A stretch of 62,282 nt of DNA, counting the filler, from Dirinaria sp. TL-2023a (taxonomy: Eukaryota), in the NCBI GenBank assembly GCA_051941275.1. It is 29 parts of 29 records of this genome, joined end to end, with 100 filler letters (N's around TTAATTAATTAA, not from the genome) between each part and the next. Parts side by side here need not be neighbours in the genome. Positions count along the whole stretch, not along the records: positions 1 to 2,074 come from JAVEBF010002406.1; positions 2,175 to 4,248 come from JAVEBF010002407.1; positions 4,349 to 6,421 come from JAVEBF010002408.1; positions 6,522 to 8,593 come from JAVEBF010002409.1; positions 8,694 to 10,764 come from JAVEBF010002410.1; positions 10,865 to 12,931 come from JAVEBF010002411.1; 23 more parts are not named here. One strand, 5' to 3'. The notes below the pieces were generated by a model. That model made no database searches. It was not told the DNA's origin and saw only the letters and a program-made list of their open reading frames with translations. Both the position numbers and the translations under genes were made by a program. This document shows, in pieces, positions 1 through 11,380 of this stretch; position 1 is the stretch's first letter, and each line of letters starts with the position of its first letter.

Positions 1-638
1 ACATTTATGGAAATTTTGAGCGTCAGGAAACCACCCGATTGGCGTACAAGCTTCTGAAGCAAAAGAAGGAGCAGAGTTTCAACAACTTCTATACCAAATT
101 CATGCTCTATGGTCGCATGCTAGCCTATTCGGACGATTATCTGATGTGGGATCTGAAGGATAAGGTGAACTTGCAATTGAAGAAGGTTCTGGCCAACTAC
201 TGTGAGCCCGACTTCAAATCATTGCATGAGTTGAAGACGTACTTGCAGCAAGTGGATACTGGTCGAAGGATTTTGAAGCAAAAGCAAATGCAAGAGAAAC
301 CTCAGAAACCAACTAACATTGCACCAAAAGCCGAACCCCCATTATGCCTTCCTAACACTACCGTTGCCGCCACCGCCACCGCTACCGTCATGACCTCTAC
401 TATTGCTCCTACGTCGCAAGCGCAATCCTGGGCCGCCGTCGCGGCAAGAAACCTACCTTCTACACCTTCGCAAACACCTTCGCCGCAGGCACCTTCGCAG
501 GCAATTTCGCAAGCACTCTGGAAGCCCTGGAACCCAAAATTCTGCCTTACCATGCAGGACCTATGCGCCAAATTTCGTTATTATGCTAGGTGCAATCCTA
601 GGTATTTGGCGACGATGAGGGCGTCATGTAGGGTCTGA
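1..638 (+). mobile_element. LTR retrotransposon gag, 3' part, copy 1
   Basis: Gag-like LKQKKEQSFNNFYTKF segment and a degenerate Cys-containing tail. Near-identical to 1470..2074. Followed about 110 bp later by a PPT and an LTR. Confidence 0.8.
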
Positions 639-744
639 TAACGACTTCCCGACAGGCAACTTCATGGTCAATTGGGCAGGAAATGCCACCCATAAAGGCC
701 AACCAGGGCCCAGAATTTGCAAGCAACAGGGACGTTGCTTGACC

Positions 745-756
745 GAAGGGGGGGGG
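745..756 (+). other. Polypurine tract (PPT)
   Basis: GAAGGGGGGGGG ending 3 nt before the TG start of the LTR. Confidence 0.8.
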
Positions 757-759
757 TAA

Positions 760-1004
760 TGTCATGAACCTGACCTGGAGGGTTAGTTCACGTGACTAGT
801 CTGGACCCTGAAGCATGACTCTGGGGAGCCTGAGTTGGGTATATCAGCTTGATCGGGTTAGCGCCTTCGGTCCGTGTATTGCCCGGTTCCTTATTTGGTT
901 TCTGTACTTAGTATTCTTCCTCTTTTTCTTCTTTTCCTTCCTCATACTTAGTGTCCTAGTCTAGTAGTATCCATATGTCTATGAGCGCTGTGCAGGCCAT
1001 GACA
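760..1004 (+). mobile_element. LTR (245 bp)
   Basis: TGTCATG...CATGACA 7-bp terminal inverted repeat, PPT upstream, gag downstream. Homologous to 59335..59632 (shared TGTCATGAACC start and GAGCGCTGTGCAG near the end). Confidence 0.88.
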
Positions 1005-1153
1005 TTACACTAAGTATCATCCCTCTGCACTCGTTTTAAGCGTTGCACGAGTAGATCAAGCAATCGCAGTCTCAGAAGAAGAAGAAGTTCTTGAAGAAGA
1101 AGACCCCCTTGATCTCCTTGATCACCTACACCTAGAAGAAGAAGAAGAACATC

Positions 1154-2074
1154 ATGAATAAGATTCAAAAGAACTTCTCTCCACCCTCACTACCTGTTTC
1201 TCCTACTTCAGAATCGCCTCAGAAATCCTACCTCCTTCCCGACCCTCCCGTGTTCACCGGCGGCAACAATGATGAATATGAGTATGAAGATTGGGCTCTC
1301 AGAATTCGCGATAAACTAAATGGCAATGCCGATCGCTTCACTGCGCAAACGGCCACTGCTTATGTTATAAGTCGCATTGGCGGAGAGGCATCAAAGCATA
1401 TTCTATTCTATCGGCTTCGAGATTGCGATTATTTCAAAGTCCTCAGCATGATCTTTGACGCATTGCATGACATTTATGAAAATTTTGAGCGCCAGAAAAT
1501 CACTCGATTGGCGTACAAGCTTCTGAAGCAAAAGAAGGAGCAGAGTTTCAACAACTTCTATACCAAATTCATGCTCTATGGTCGCATGCTAGCCTATTCG
1601 AACGATTATCTGATGTGAGATCTGAAGGATAAGATGAACTTGCAATTGAAGAAGGTTCTGGTCAACTACTGTGAGCCCGACTTCAAATCATTGCATGAGT
1701 TGAAGACGTACTTGCAGCAAGTGAATACTGGTCGAAGGATTTTGAAGCAAAAGCAAATGCAAGAGAAACCTCAGAAATCAACTAACATTGCATCAAAAGT
1801 CGAACCCTCATTATGCCTTTCTAACACTATCGTTGCCGCCACCGTCACCGCTATTGTCATGATCTCTACTATTGCTTCTACGTCGCAAGCGCAATTCTGG
1901 GCCGCCGTCGCGGCAAGAAATCTACCTTCTACACCTTCGCAAACATCTTCGCCGCAGGCACCTTCGCAGGCAATTTCGCAAGCACTCTGGAAGCCCTGGA
2001 ACCCAAAATTCTGCCTTACCATGCAGGACCTATGCGCCAAATTTCGTTATTATGCTAGGTGCAATCCTAGGTAT
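1154..2074 (+). pseudogene. LTR retrotransposon gag, copy 2, with a TGG>TGA stop at 1616-1618
   Basis: LPDPPVFTGG...YEDWALRIRDKL...AYVISRIGGEA gag motif. The other copy has TGG where this one has TGA. Confidence 0.82.
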
Positions 2075-2174
2075 NNNNNNNNNNNNNNNNNNNNNNNNNN
2101 NNNNNNNNNNNNNNNNNNTTAATTAATTAANNNNNNNNNNNNNNNNNNNNNNNNNNNNNNNNNNNNNNNNNNNN
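2075..2174. other. Artificial contig-joining spacer (first of 28 identical spacers)
   Basis: N44 + TTAATTAATTAA (stops in all six frames) + N44, recurring about every 2.1 kb up to 60166..60265. Contig lengths fall monotonically (2074, 2074, 2073, 2072, 2071, 2067 ... 2017). Confidence 0.98.
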
Positions 2175-3954
2175 AGGAGGAGGAGGAGGAGGAGGAGAAG
2201 GAGGGGGAGCAGTGGGCTACTCTATAAGAGCTGAAAGGAGTTCGCTGGAAATTCGATTTTGGAATTTCGGAAAGACAGTAGCAATCACTCGGACGCGCGG
2301 TCAGAAGGTCGTTGAAATGCAGCGGACAATAGCGATCGCTTTCGACATCTCGAGTATCACATTATGTCCCCTGAAAAAGAAAGAACCGATTTGGGTTCCT
2401 GAGTTACAGGGCCCTTGGAAGCCTGACTATTGTATAACCCTCGATTATCTGGGTAACGACAGATAACATTTATGCATGGGCATGGTACTAAGGGGGTAAT
2501 CACTGTAGAGGACAACCTACCTTATGCTGAGGTTTGCCCGAGAGAATCGGAGCGAATAGGATAACGTGAGATGAGAGTCAACCCACCAAGATCGACCGTC
2601 GGCCGTAACAACTCTGATTGGAAAAGGGTTTCTGGCCTTTGGCACAGAAAGAGGTCCGTCTGCCTCTGCTACCGCCTCCTCCGCAGCTGAACTCGATGGG
2701 GGCAAAGCGGCTCAGGAAGGCGCTTTTGTGCAACACCAGGAAAGCTGGAGGTGAAGCCGAAAAGAGCATCGTGCATGGAAGCTTATATCATAATGAAATC
2801 CAGACTCGACCAACTCTGTGCTCTCGAATCCCGATGGTTTTCTTGAGCATGGAATTGAGAGACAAGGAAAGTCCATCACTACCGACGAAGTGCCAATCTA
2901 CATGACCCTTACCTTTACCTCAGGGTTCCTGGATTGTTTTGCAGTATGGAATAATAAATCACTGGCTTGGCTTCGAGGCATTGGATGGTTGTGGCTTGCG
3001 AGCGACTTGCCGGTGGAAGGATTCGATGTTCAGCTGTCGGTAGGAAAGACGTTCCAAGGATGTGGGACCGACTCAGCCTAATGATATCGATCGCATCGTT
3101 GCTCTCCAGGTATCCATCCCGAAACGGAAAGGGTCTCGATGAGTCCGGACATGAGGAGAGGTAGATGGGAGAGTCCCTTATCCTTACGGAGTATTTACTT
3201 TCCAGGTGCCTTTCGTAATGGCGCAGGCACGTTGGTGGTGCCCCCATGGCGGGCCTGACTTGGCGGGGCATTGAAGGCTCGTCTTGTGACCTCCGCACCC
3301 TGCGCACCCTGCGGCACCCTGTTCCTCTTATACTTTAGTCTTGCCAACGCATCACACTCCTGATCATCACTTAGTACCACCAAACTCCCCCCCCCCATCC
3401 ATCACTTGTCTTGTCCCGCTATGGCCACCTCGATAAGAGACACAGCGAGAAGGGGAAAAAAATTGAAACACCGGGCATTACGGAGACGGCAGGTGACTGT
3501 TTGCCATAAATGATCTGCAACGGCGGCAGCTTCATCACATCGCCGGCAGGGGAGCTCAGGATCGTGACATCCTCAGAGGCCCGGCCAGCCAGGCCAGGCG
3601 ATTACCTGCGCATTTCAACGAAATGCAGCGCATTGACTAGAAAGCCGTGCCCCGGGGGAATCCGCGAAAAGTTTCCGAGACCGTCGTTCGGAGGCTGTGG
3701 TGACTTCTGGCGATGTGCTGGCAAGTTGTCGTCCGGTGATCTCTGTCGAGGTTCCCGTTCACGGCAGACATGTCGCGAGAGCACCATGTACTCGTACCAG
3801 TTGTCACTTCTGACGTCCGGGTTGCCGAGCACGGGCATGTCGACATCCTCAATAACACCTTCTTACTTGGCTTTGCTGGCAGGATCTCTCGAAGGAGTCG
3901 ATCCGTGCCATCCTCACGGGAGTGATTCTTTAGAAGGCGGCACAGTCCGCCAGT

Positions 3955-4225
3955 AAGTACTTACATTCTGGAGCAGTAAGGTAAGGTGAGGTAAGGTAGA
4001 CGTAACGCGCGTTAAGGCAACCCATTAGGATGGAATCGGTATGACGAAAGATCTCGCACATACCGAGAGGCAGCAGCAAGGGTAAGAACATGAAGGTACC
4101 TTAAGGTAAGGAGGTAAGGTACCTGACGAGCCTGACTCACCGGAGTCACCTCACCTCACCTACCTTAGGTACCCTACCTACCTTACCTACCTGACCTATC
4201 TTACCTTGATGTAATCTTACCTAGC
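3955..4225. repeat. Low-complexity GGTAA/GGTGA array followed by its complement (TTACC/TCACC); imperfect palindrome
   Basis: Left half is AGGTAAGG-rich, right half CCTTACCT-rich, centred on the hairpin TGACTC-ACCG-GAGTCA at 4133..4148. Confidence 0.65.
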
Positions 4226-5189
4226 AGACAGATACTTGATACCTGGATNNNNNNNNNNNNNNNNNNNNNNNNNNNNNNNNNNNNNNNNNNNNTTAATTAA
4301 TTAANNNNNNNNNNNNNNNNNNNNNNNNNNNNNNNNNNNNNNNNNNNNGTTCTTCGCACTGCATCTCATTTCAATGATGCAAACATGACTAATCTTTTTT
4401 CGTCGAATGAGAGATTAAAACGAGCGTTGATAATGAGCGATTGAATCTGGATGTCTTCTCAGCAAACTCATGATAGATAAATAATCTCATTCGGCACTCG
4501 AAGCCCGTCTTCTATCAAGACTAGCTATGCGGTCACTGAAAAAATTTATCTATGACGATTTCTGTATTTTATAACATGCAATGAGCGATTTCTTTCGACA
4601 CTTTCGTCTCAGTTCTTTACTCGTATTTCATTCTGTGACAATAAGTAAAGAGAGTCACAAAGAGCAAAAACATCTCAGTTCAAGAACTGAAGAGTTCTTC
4701 GTCTAATAACAATTCTTGTATTCGTAATATCGAGATCTTCATCTCTTGCATCGTAATACTCGTGACGTAATGTTGAATATCGAGAAAAACTTGCTATTCT
4801 AATAAGAAGACATAGAATGTAGCTGATGTAGAATGACGAATCGAAGAAGACGTTTTCGACAGCAACAGTATCGATGTCGCTGAAGACGAAATCGCGAGAA
4901 ACTTATTAGACTCTTTATATCTATCTTCTCTATTGATTTCGTGTCAACGCAAGCGTCAATCACGCGAAACAATCGACTTTGACGACGCGAATTTCGAGTT
5001 CAGACGCGTGTGAAAGACTCGATCACAGTTGTCATCACGAGAACACACTGCTCTCATTATGTTCTCATCGTCAGAAGATCTCTTGACTCTGCTTACTAAA
5101 AGCAGATTCGTAGTCGACATCACGTATAGATGAATCTCGTCGTCAGTCTCAGCAAACTCATAATAAGACGAAAGATAGTTCTACTCTAC

Positions 5190-5325
5190 TGTCAAGATCT
5201 TAATCAAGATTAGATAGATTTATTCGATTGCAGTCTTGACAACATGAGAGTTATCAAAAGATTAACTAAATCAAGTCAGAGACTTGATCGTTTATCTAAT
5301 TACTTGATGTTTCAGAGTCGTAACA
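5190..5325 (+). mobile_element. Solo LTR (136 bp) with 5-bp target-site duplication TCTAC
   Basis: TGTCAAG...GTCGTAACA flanked by TCTAC at 5185-5189 and 5326-5330. Similar to 22664..22793. Confidence 0.85.
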
Positions 5326-6118
5326 TCTACGAGCATCTGCTGAAGCACATGTTGCACTCAGATATCAGAAAAACGATCGCATCACTTTCACACGAGACAA
5401 TTCTTCGAGCAAATGCTCAGTCGATATAATCTCGATTTATGAAATCAAGATCTCACAATCTCACGATTCGATATTAAAGATTTACGATGTATCGAATCTC
5501 GCAGACCGCGCAGAAGACAAAGAAGAAAAGTTGCTTGTCACTCAAGGTTTTGACGATAAGCGGTGTTATCAGATTAATGACAGTGTTTTATTCAAGCAAC
5601 GTCAATAGAGATATCCTCATAGATCGAATTCATTTCAAGAACAGAATATCTGATGTAAAATCATTGTAGTTCTATCGCTCAATCTTGTCTCTGACACTCT
5701 GTACACTTTATACTGAGTGTGAGACTGACCGACGTGTTACGAATCGAGCAGATCAGCGAATCTTTTGTCGATATACTGTTACGATTTAGTGAACTCTGAG
5801 TCAGTAACTTATATGAGATACGTCGGAAGATAGCATCAATCACGATTATCTGCAGATGCTTTATCGCTCTACTCAGACGAGCAGATGAGCAGATGATCTA
5901 CTGTCTCGCTCGAGAGAGCAGAGAGGATTTCATTGTGTATATAAATTCTCAACACGACGCTCTTCTGACATCGTGTTCAACTTTAGTTAGATTGTCTACT
6001 ACTGCTACAAGTACTAAGTATCTACCTCGTGTGATACTTATCATATCACTATTGACACCCGTTGTTTCTTGACAGACCTCTTCATACAAGATCAAATCTC
6101 AGTCTCTTATTAGTCTAA

Positions 6119-6244
6119 CTCTAGACGACGTGAGTAGACGCAACACAAGTCTCTAACTTAGTTTAGTTGATCTTTTAGTAACTTCTACGTTATCAAGGCT
6201 TCAACCCTGAATAACTTATCTAATCAAGATTTGAGGCTTTGACA
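6119..6244 (-). mobile_element. Partial copy of the same short LTR family
   Basis: Reverse complement reads TGTCAAAG...TTGATTAGATA...AAAAGATCAACTAAACTAAG, aligning with the 5190 and 22664 copies. Its distal end is unclear. Confidence 0.6.
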
Positions 6245-6863
6245 ACACGGTGTTTCTTTTGCTTTCTCATACCGCTGCTAAAGAAAGTCAGACTGAGTAG
6301 AAGTTTCATGCGATGCTCTCAGACGAGAAGTTTTACGACGAGCCATCATGTAGCGCTTGTGAGAAGAAAGACAGAAGATGTGAACGAAAACTGATGAAGA
6401 AGAAAACGTAACTGCGAGAATNNNNNNNNNNNNNNNNNNNNNNNNNNNNNNNNNNNNNNNNNNNNTTAATTAATTAANNNNNNNNNNNNNNNNNNNNNNN
6501 NNNNNNNNNNNNNNNNNNNNNCTTTTCAACGAAAGGTGCCTTATGGTTCACGATGCAGTTTCCAGAGATGCTGGACACGCTTATGATTCTAACGCCAAGG
6601 CCTGGCAAAAGGGAAATTGTCAGCCCGTTCCGAAATACTTTTCCGGTTGCGACGTATCTCTACTTTAACCTCACCGTCTAGCTTAAGGTATACAGTATCT
6701 CCATAATCTCGTAGAAAAGACCTATAAAAGCGGCGACCAAGGAGTCCTCCGCTTCGAGCTCTTCCAGCTCCTGGACGAAACGGAACAATTGTACATCATA
6801 ACCACGTATCAAGACCAATCTACCAAGTATAATCATCGCAAAACGAAATTGTATCTGGATACT

Positions 6864-7097
6864 ATGAAAGCTATCGAGAATCGAGACCTTGCGACCGTGA
6901 AGCTGAACGAGAGCAGATTGTGGACGTGTAAGAACTTTACAAGGTGTGCCAGACTGGGGAACGAGGTGTTTGAGTGCATTCCGTGTGGGAAGAAGAGAGA
7001 GCCGTGGGATCTGAGAACCGTGGATGATGGGAGAGAAGATGAGGAAGTGGAAGGAGAGAGCTCCGGGCGGAGTAGTCGATTTGCAAATGATGCATAA
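6864..7097 (+). CDS. Putative 77-aa protein with a RanBP2-like C4 zinc finger and acidic tail
   Basis: WTCKNFTRCARLGNEVFECIPCGKKR (W-x-C..C..N..C-x2-C). TATAAAAG at about 6723 upstream. Confidence 0.4.
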   Translation: MKAIENRDLATVKLNESRLWTCKNFTRCARLGNEVFECIPCGKKREPWDLRTVDDGREDEEVEGESSGRSSRFANDA

Positions 7098-7508
7098 GAA
7101 AAGGGGGCTGTATTTGCGAAGAACATTGTATTTGTAGAGCGAGTCCGCATTTTGCCGCCTGGCAAGTGCGCATTCGCGGAGTCAAGTCCACTACCTATGC
7201 AGGAACTTTCAAGATGTATCGATACTGCTCCAAATTGTACTTGCCGCCCAACAAAGAAGTAGTAGTCACACTGTGTATAAACCAAAAGGCAGTCCCGTCT
7301 CTGCTAAGGCCGAGTGAGGGCTCATCTAACCTCGCTTATCTAATCTAATCTAATCTTAGTCTTGGCCCGCTACTTTAATGCTTCCACTCTACGCGCCTCG
7401 CGCCTCCTACATCGTACTTTGGAGTTCAGCATGGGTTTCATGAGCTATCCTCGCCTACTTGTTCACAAAACCTAGGTTCGATGGCTTTTGGAAAAGTTAG
7501 AACTCGAC

Positions 7509-8593
7509 ATGACTGACTTCGAGGATTCGCCGCGGCCCGCCAAGCGGCAAAGAACGACAGACGATGCTCCGGTCTCCCTCTCGACACGCGCATTGAGAGC
7601 AGTGAAAGGTGCCGTGTTCGGACAAAGCTACGACGCGCAAGCCAATGGCATACATGACGGCGAAGAAGATGAATTGGCGCATCCCGGGGAGGTGAATGAG
7701 CCTAGCACACCCAAGAAAGATGAAGGAGGTAGCATATGGAGTAAACCATTATCAACTTTCGAACGATGGAAGCTCTCGCGCCAGAAGAATCATGCCCAAT
7801 TCGGGAGGAAAGGCGCAAGCTCGCCAGTGGTCCCGGGCAGAGCCGCATCCCCAACGCCGACGAAGACTCCAACAAAGCGGAAGAGGAGAAAATCTGTAGA
7901 GGAAAACGAAGTCGAGACCACGGTTAAAGTAGGAATGAAGAGCGGGGCAGATGTAGGAAAAGATTTCGGCAGCAACAAGAAGCGAGTGAAAGGCGTCAGG
8001 AACACAGAATTAGCTGCCAATGGAGAGCGAGAGAGTACGGCGGATGGGCCAGATCCGATCCAGAATGGAGCTAAGGATGTCACTCCAGAAGTAACGAGAA
8101 AAAAAACCCCTTCTACCAAGAGACTAGCTACGCGTTCCACTATGGATTCGGGGGACGTAGTTCGGGAGGGCTTAGGCATTGGCAAGACTGTGTATGCTAA
8201 CGGCACGACGCCTGAACCCGAGACTCCTCGCAAAAAGGGTAGAACAAATCGGCACACAAAGAACGATCCTAAACCACGTAATGATTCCGCAAACAATGAC
8301 TTGGAACAACTTCCCCGAAACCCAGGTCAGAAATCTGAGCCAGGATTGGAGATCGTACCGGAGCCTTCCTCTACAGCCGCGGATGAGCTCCTGACTCCAG
8401 CCAAAAAACGTTCAAGACGAAAGGGTTCAATATCGCAGGCCCCATCGCCATCCAATAACTCCTCTCCCTTGGTAATAATCGGGCAGTCACGCTCGCCACC
8501 CCCCACACGAGCTGCAGTGGACAATTCACAAACTCTCTTGGAAGCCCTCTCCTCGACCACCCCAGCAACCTTTTCGGTCTTCAAGAACTCCCT
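7509..8593 (+). CDS. Hypothetical nuclear protein, long disordered basic/TP-rich N-terminus, 3' truncated
   Basis: Open ORF of about 360 codons with NLS-like PAKRQR and KRKRRK and many S/T-P sites. Reminiscent of fungal Orc4 N-terminal extensions, but no diagnostic domain is reached. Confidence 0.6.
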
Positions 8594-8693
8594 NNNNNNN
8601 NNNNNNNNNNNNNNNNNNNNNNNNNNNNNNNNNNNNNTTAATTAATTAANNNNNNNNNNNNNNNNNNNNNNNNNNNNNNNNNNNNNNNNNNNN

Positions 8694-9942
8694 ACCCTCC
8701 CCTGCGCAACTTCCCGATCCAACAAGCCCAAAAACTCCTGCGCAAGCGCGTGCTTTTCTTCATTGAACTTCTTCTTCCTCCGCTCCCGCTCCAACGCACT
8801 TCTGTCTTTTCTCCCCGGGCTTTTTCTTTTCGTCGGAGACTTGATGGGCGATTCTTCTTCATCTTCATCATCTTCTTCCCGCAGTAGTAGTACAGAGGAG
8901 GAGAAAAGCTTTCGCGGCGACTTCGGTTTCTGCTTCCGCGGCGAGTACGCGTCGTTCCAGTCGTTGATCACCTCCTGGCTCCAGAAGGCGTCGATGCTGG
9001 GCCGGTGTGGCGAGGGCGGGATCCGGTGCTGCCGCTGCTTGCTGGGCGATTGCAGTTTCGGTTTCGAAGGGCTGGGAGAAGAATGAGGAAGAGGGGGTGT
9101 TGGTGGTGGGGTTCGGGGTCTTTCGCCTAGGAGCAGTTTATGCGGCGATTTTGATCGTGCAGGTGGGGGGGAGCTTTGTTTTAATCAGTTTATGTCTGGG
9201 GGTTTTTATGATCGTAGAGTTATCTTTTCTTTGGGAAGGGGGAACGGGTTTGGAAGAGTACATGCAGAAAAGAAAAAAAGGGGTCAGAAACATACTATCT
9301 CAGCTGCCCTCTCTCATCCTCCTCCTCCTCCTCCTCTCCTTCTTCATTTCCCTCTTCTTCGAATCCATCCGCCGACGCTGATCCCAGTAAAGAAGAAAAA
9401 AACCACGGCGCGGCAGGCTCATTCTTATGTAACAACAACCTCTCGAACTCAATCCCCCCTTCCTTATCATCATCCCCACTCCTGTACACTTTCTCCCTCG
9501 GACTTCTTTTCACAGCCTCCACCTCCTCCTTCTTCCTCCTCGCCGCATCGAAACCCCTCCCATGCTCTTCTTCCCTATCTTCAAACCCGAGCCGCTGATC
9601 ATCATCATCAACCTCAACCTGCACCGCCGGTTTTTGCCTCGGACTCGTTCTAGTGCTTCTTGTTGGCTTCGCATTTTTCTTCTTATTTCTGGTTCTGTTT
9701 AGATGAGGTTGTAGAGGTGGTTGTTGGATTGTTGTTTTTAATCCTCCTTCTTCTTCCTTTTCTTTTTCTTTGTTGAGATCTTGCTTGCTTACAGGATAAG
9801 AATGGAGTTGTGATAGCAGCTCTGAAATCTCGGGCAGATCCTCCTCATAATCTTCTTCTTCTTCTTCTTCTTCTTCTTCTTCTTTTTCTGTTTCTGTTTC
9901 TGCTTCTGCTCTAGGGAGGGAAGGCGTGTTGAGTCTAGCCAT
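8694..9942 (-). CDS. SprT-like (GCNA/ACRC-type) protein, N-terminal part, one intron (about 9295..9175)
   Basis: MARL start and acidic tracts. Splicing GTATG..AG gives LRYSPP...IPPSPHRPSIDAFWSQEVINDWNDAYSPRK...LAQEFLGLLD, which precedes the SprT domain in fungal homologues as I recall them. Confidence 0.62.
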
Positions 9943-10864
9943 CTTTCCTTTCTTTCTTTCTCCCTCCGTTTCTTTTTTCCTTCCTGCTTTTCTTTAACTT
10001 CCCCACTCTTCTAGTCCAACTGGGTAAGGTGAGCAAGGATAAGGATATGAGAGTCGTTGCGTGTGTGCCAGTGTGGGGATGAAAAGTGTCAACCCTAAGG
10101 TAGGATAAACACTCGAAGGAAGTGCCCTGGGTTTCTGTCACCGGGACAACCAAGCTGAACCCTAGATTGATATATAAAAAAAAATTTTTTTTTTTTTTTT
10201 TTTTGGGACACTTTGTAAGAAAGAACCCCAGGCCCCCGAAAAAAGAAAAAAGTGTGCATCTTTTGCTTCCTGATATTTTTTTCAGCGCTGAACCGTTTCA
10301 AATTAAAGAAGGTATTGGGTTCGTGTTCGTGTCTGGATCATATATCTATGTATCGATCGTTTCCGCACAGAAATACAGAGGAGTTGCGTTGGGAGGGTTC
10401 ATTTCTGTTCGAAGCCAGCTGGAATCAACTGCTTTTTGTTACCTAAGTCTCTTTTCAATTTCGAAGAAAATCATCAATCCTATCTTCCCCTAAAAGGTGG
10501 CGGCACCGTATAGTGTATGTATACTCAATTGCACCTCAGTTTCTTCTTGTCCCAGCTAGGTATTTACCGGCGGGTCTCACTGTACGGATCTAAGAAGTAA
10601 TGAAGATCCGGGTCGTGGATTCAACTCGGGGAGCAAGAGTGAACTGAACTACTGAGAAACAATAATGATTGATCAAATCTCACTATCTGTACATAAACAG
10701 CCGCCAGCATGCGCAATCTATTACCATTGCTTATGTGGGATGCAGACACCTCACGCATCATGCTNNNNNNNNNNNNNNNNNNNNNNNNNNNNNNNNNNNN
10801 NNNNNNNNTTAATTAATTAANNNNNNNNNNNNNNNNNNNNNNNNNNNNNNNNNNNNNNNNNNNN

Positions 10865-11380
10865 CAAGAGAGCATCGAGTGCTTCCCCCTTTGCAGGACG
10901 TGTGATCTTTTTGCCGTTGATATCATAACCAATATGTGGATAGGAATCGTAGAAAGACAGAGGAATGTTGCCGATGGTATTGGTAGTGGCAGGTGCATCG
11001 GAATCATCGGAGTCGTAAACAGGGTCGATGGGCTCGTAGATGTAGCGTGGGTTGCCATTGGCATCTTGAGTGATTGTATAATTTCTCGCAGAAGCGTCAT
11101 CTTCCATGACCTCCTGAATAGTTCCATCAAATTTTTCACCCCCAGCTGTATCATCTGCCCTTTCCGATGCTGTATCGTCGCTGAAACTTCCCTCGTCAGA
11201 TAGCAGTCCGTCCTCACTCAAATCCTCTTCGAAGTTTTGAGGTATATTTCCCTCTGAGCCTGAGTCGGCTTCATCTTGTGATAGAGCAGCGGCGAAAACA
11301 TCGTTGTCAAGATCCTCACTATGGTCGCTGAGCCGCTTTGATGTCCGTGGTTCGCTCTGCGTGGATACAGGCTGCGCCAT
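10865..11380 (-). CDS. ERB1: Ribosome biogenesis protein Erb1/BOP1, N-terminal part
   Basis: YDSDDSD...[39 protein letters not shown] is the BOP1NT signature. Confidence 0.93.

Larger units (their letters stand above)
4349..6421. mobile_element. Heavily mutated transposon-derived DNA with nested LTR fragments (class not assigned)
   Basis: CC/GG nearly absent, no long ORFs, several TGT...ACA-bounded segments, TATATAAA at about 5938. Confidence 0.7.

Noticed and set aside
2175..3956. Several short ORFs that might form a minus-strand multi-exon gene
   Set aside because: I could not build a consistent spliced frame or recognise a domain.
5735..6074. Additional TGTTAC...TGACA-bounded LTR with TATA box
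   Set aside because: No matching TSD or second copy in the window, so boundaries cannot be supported.
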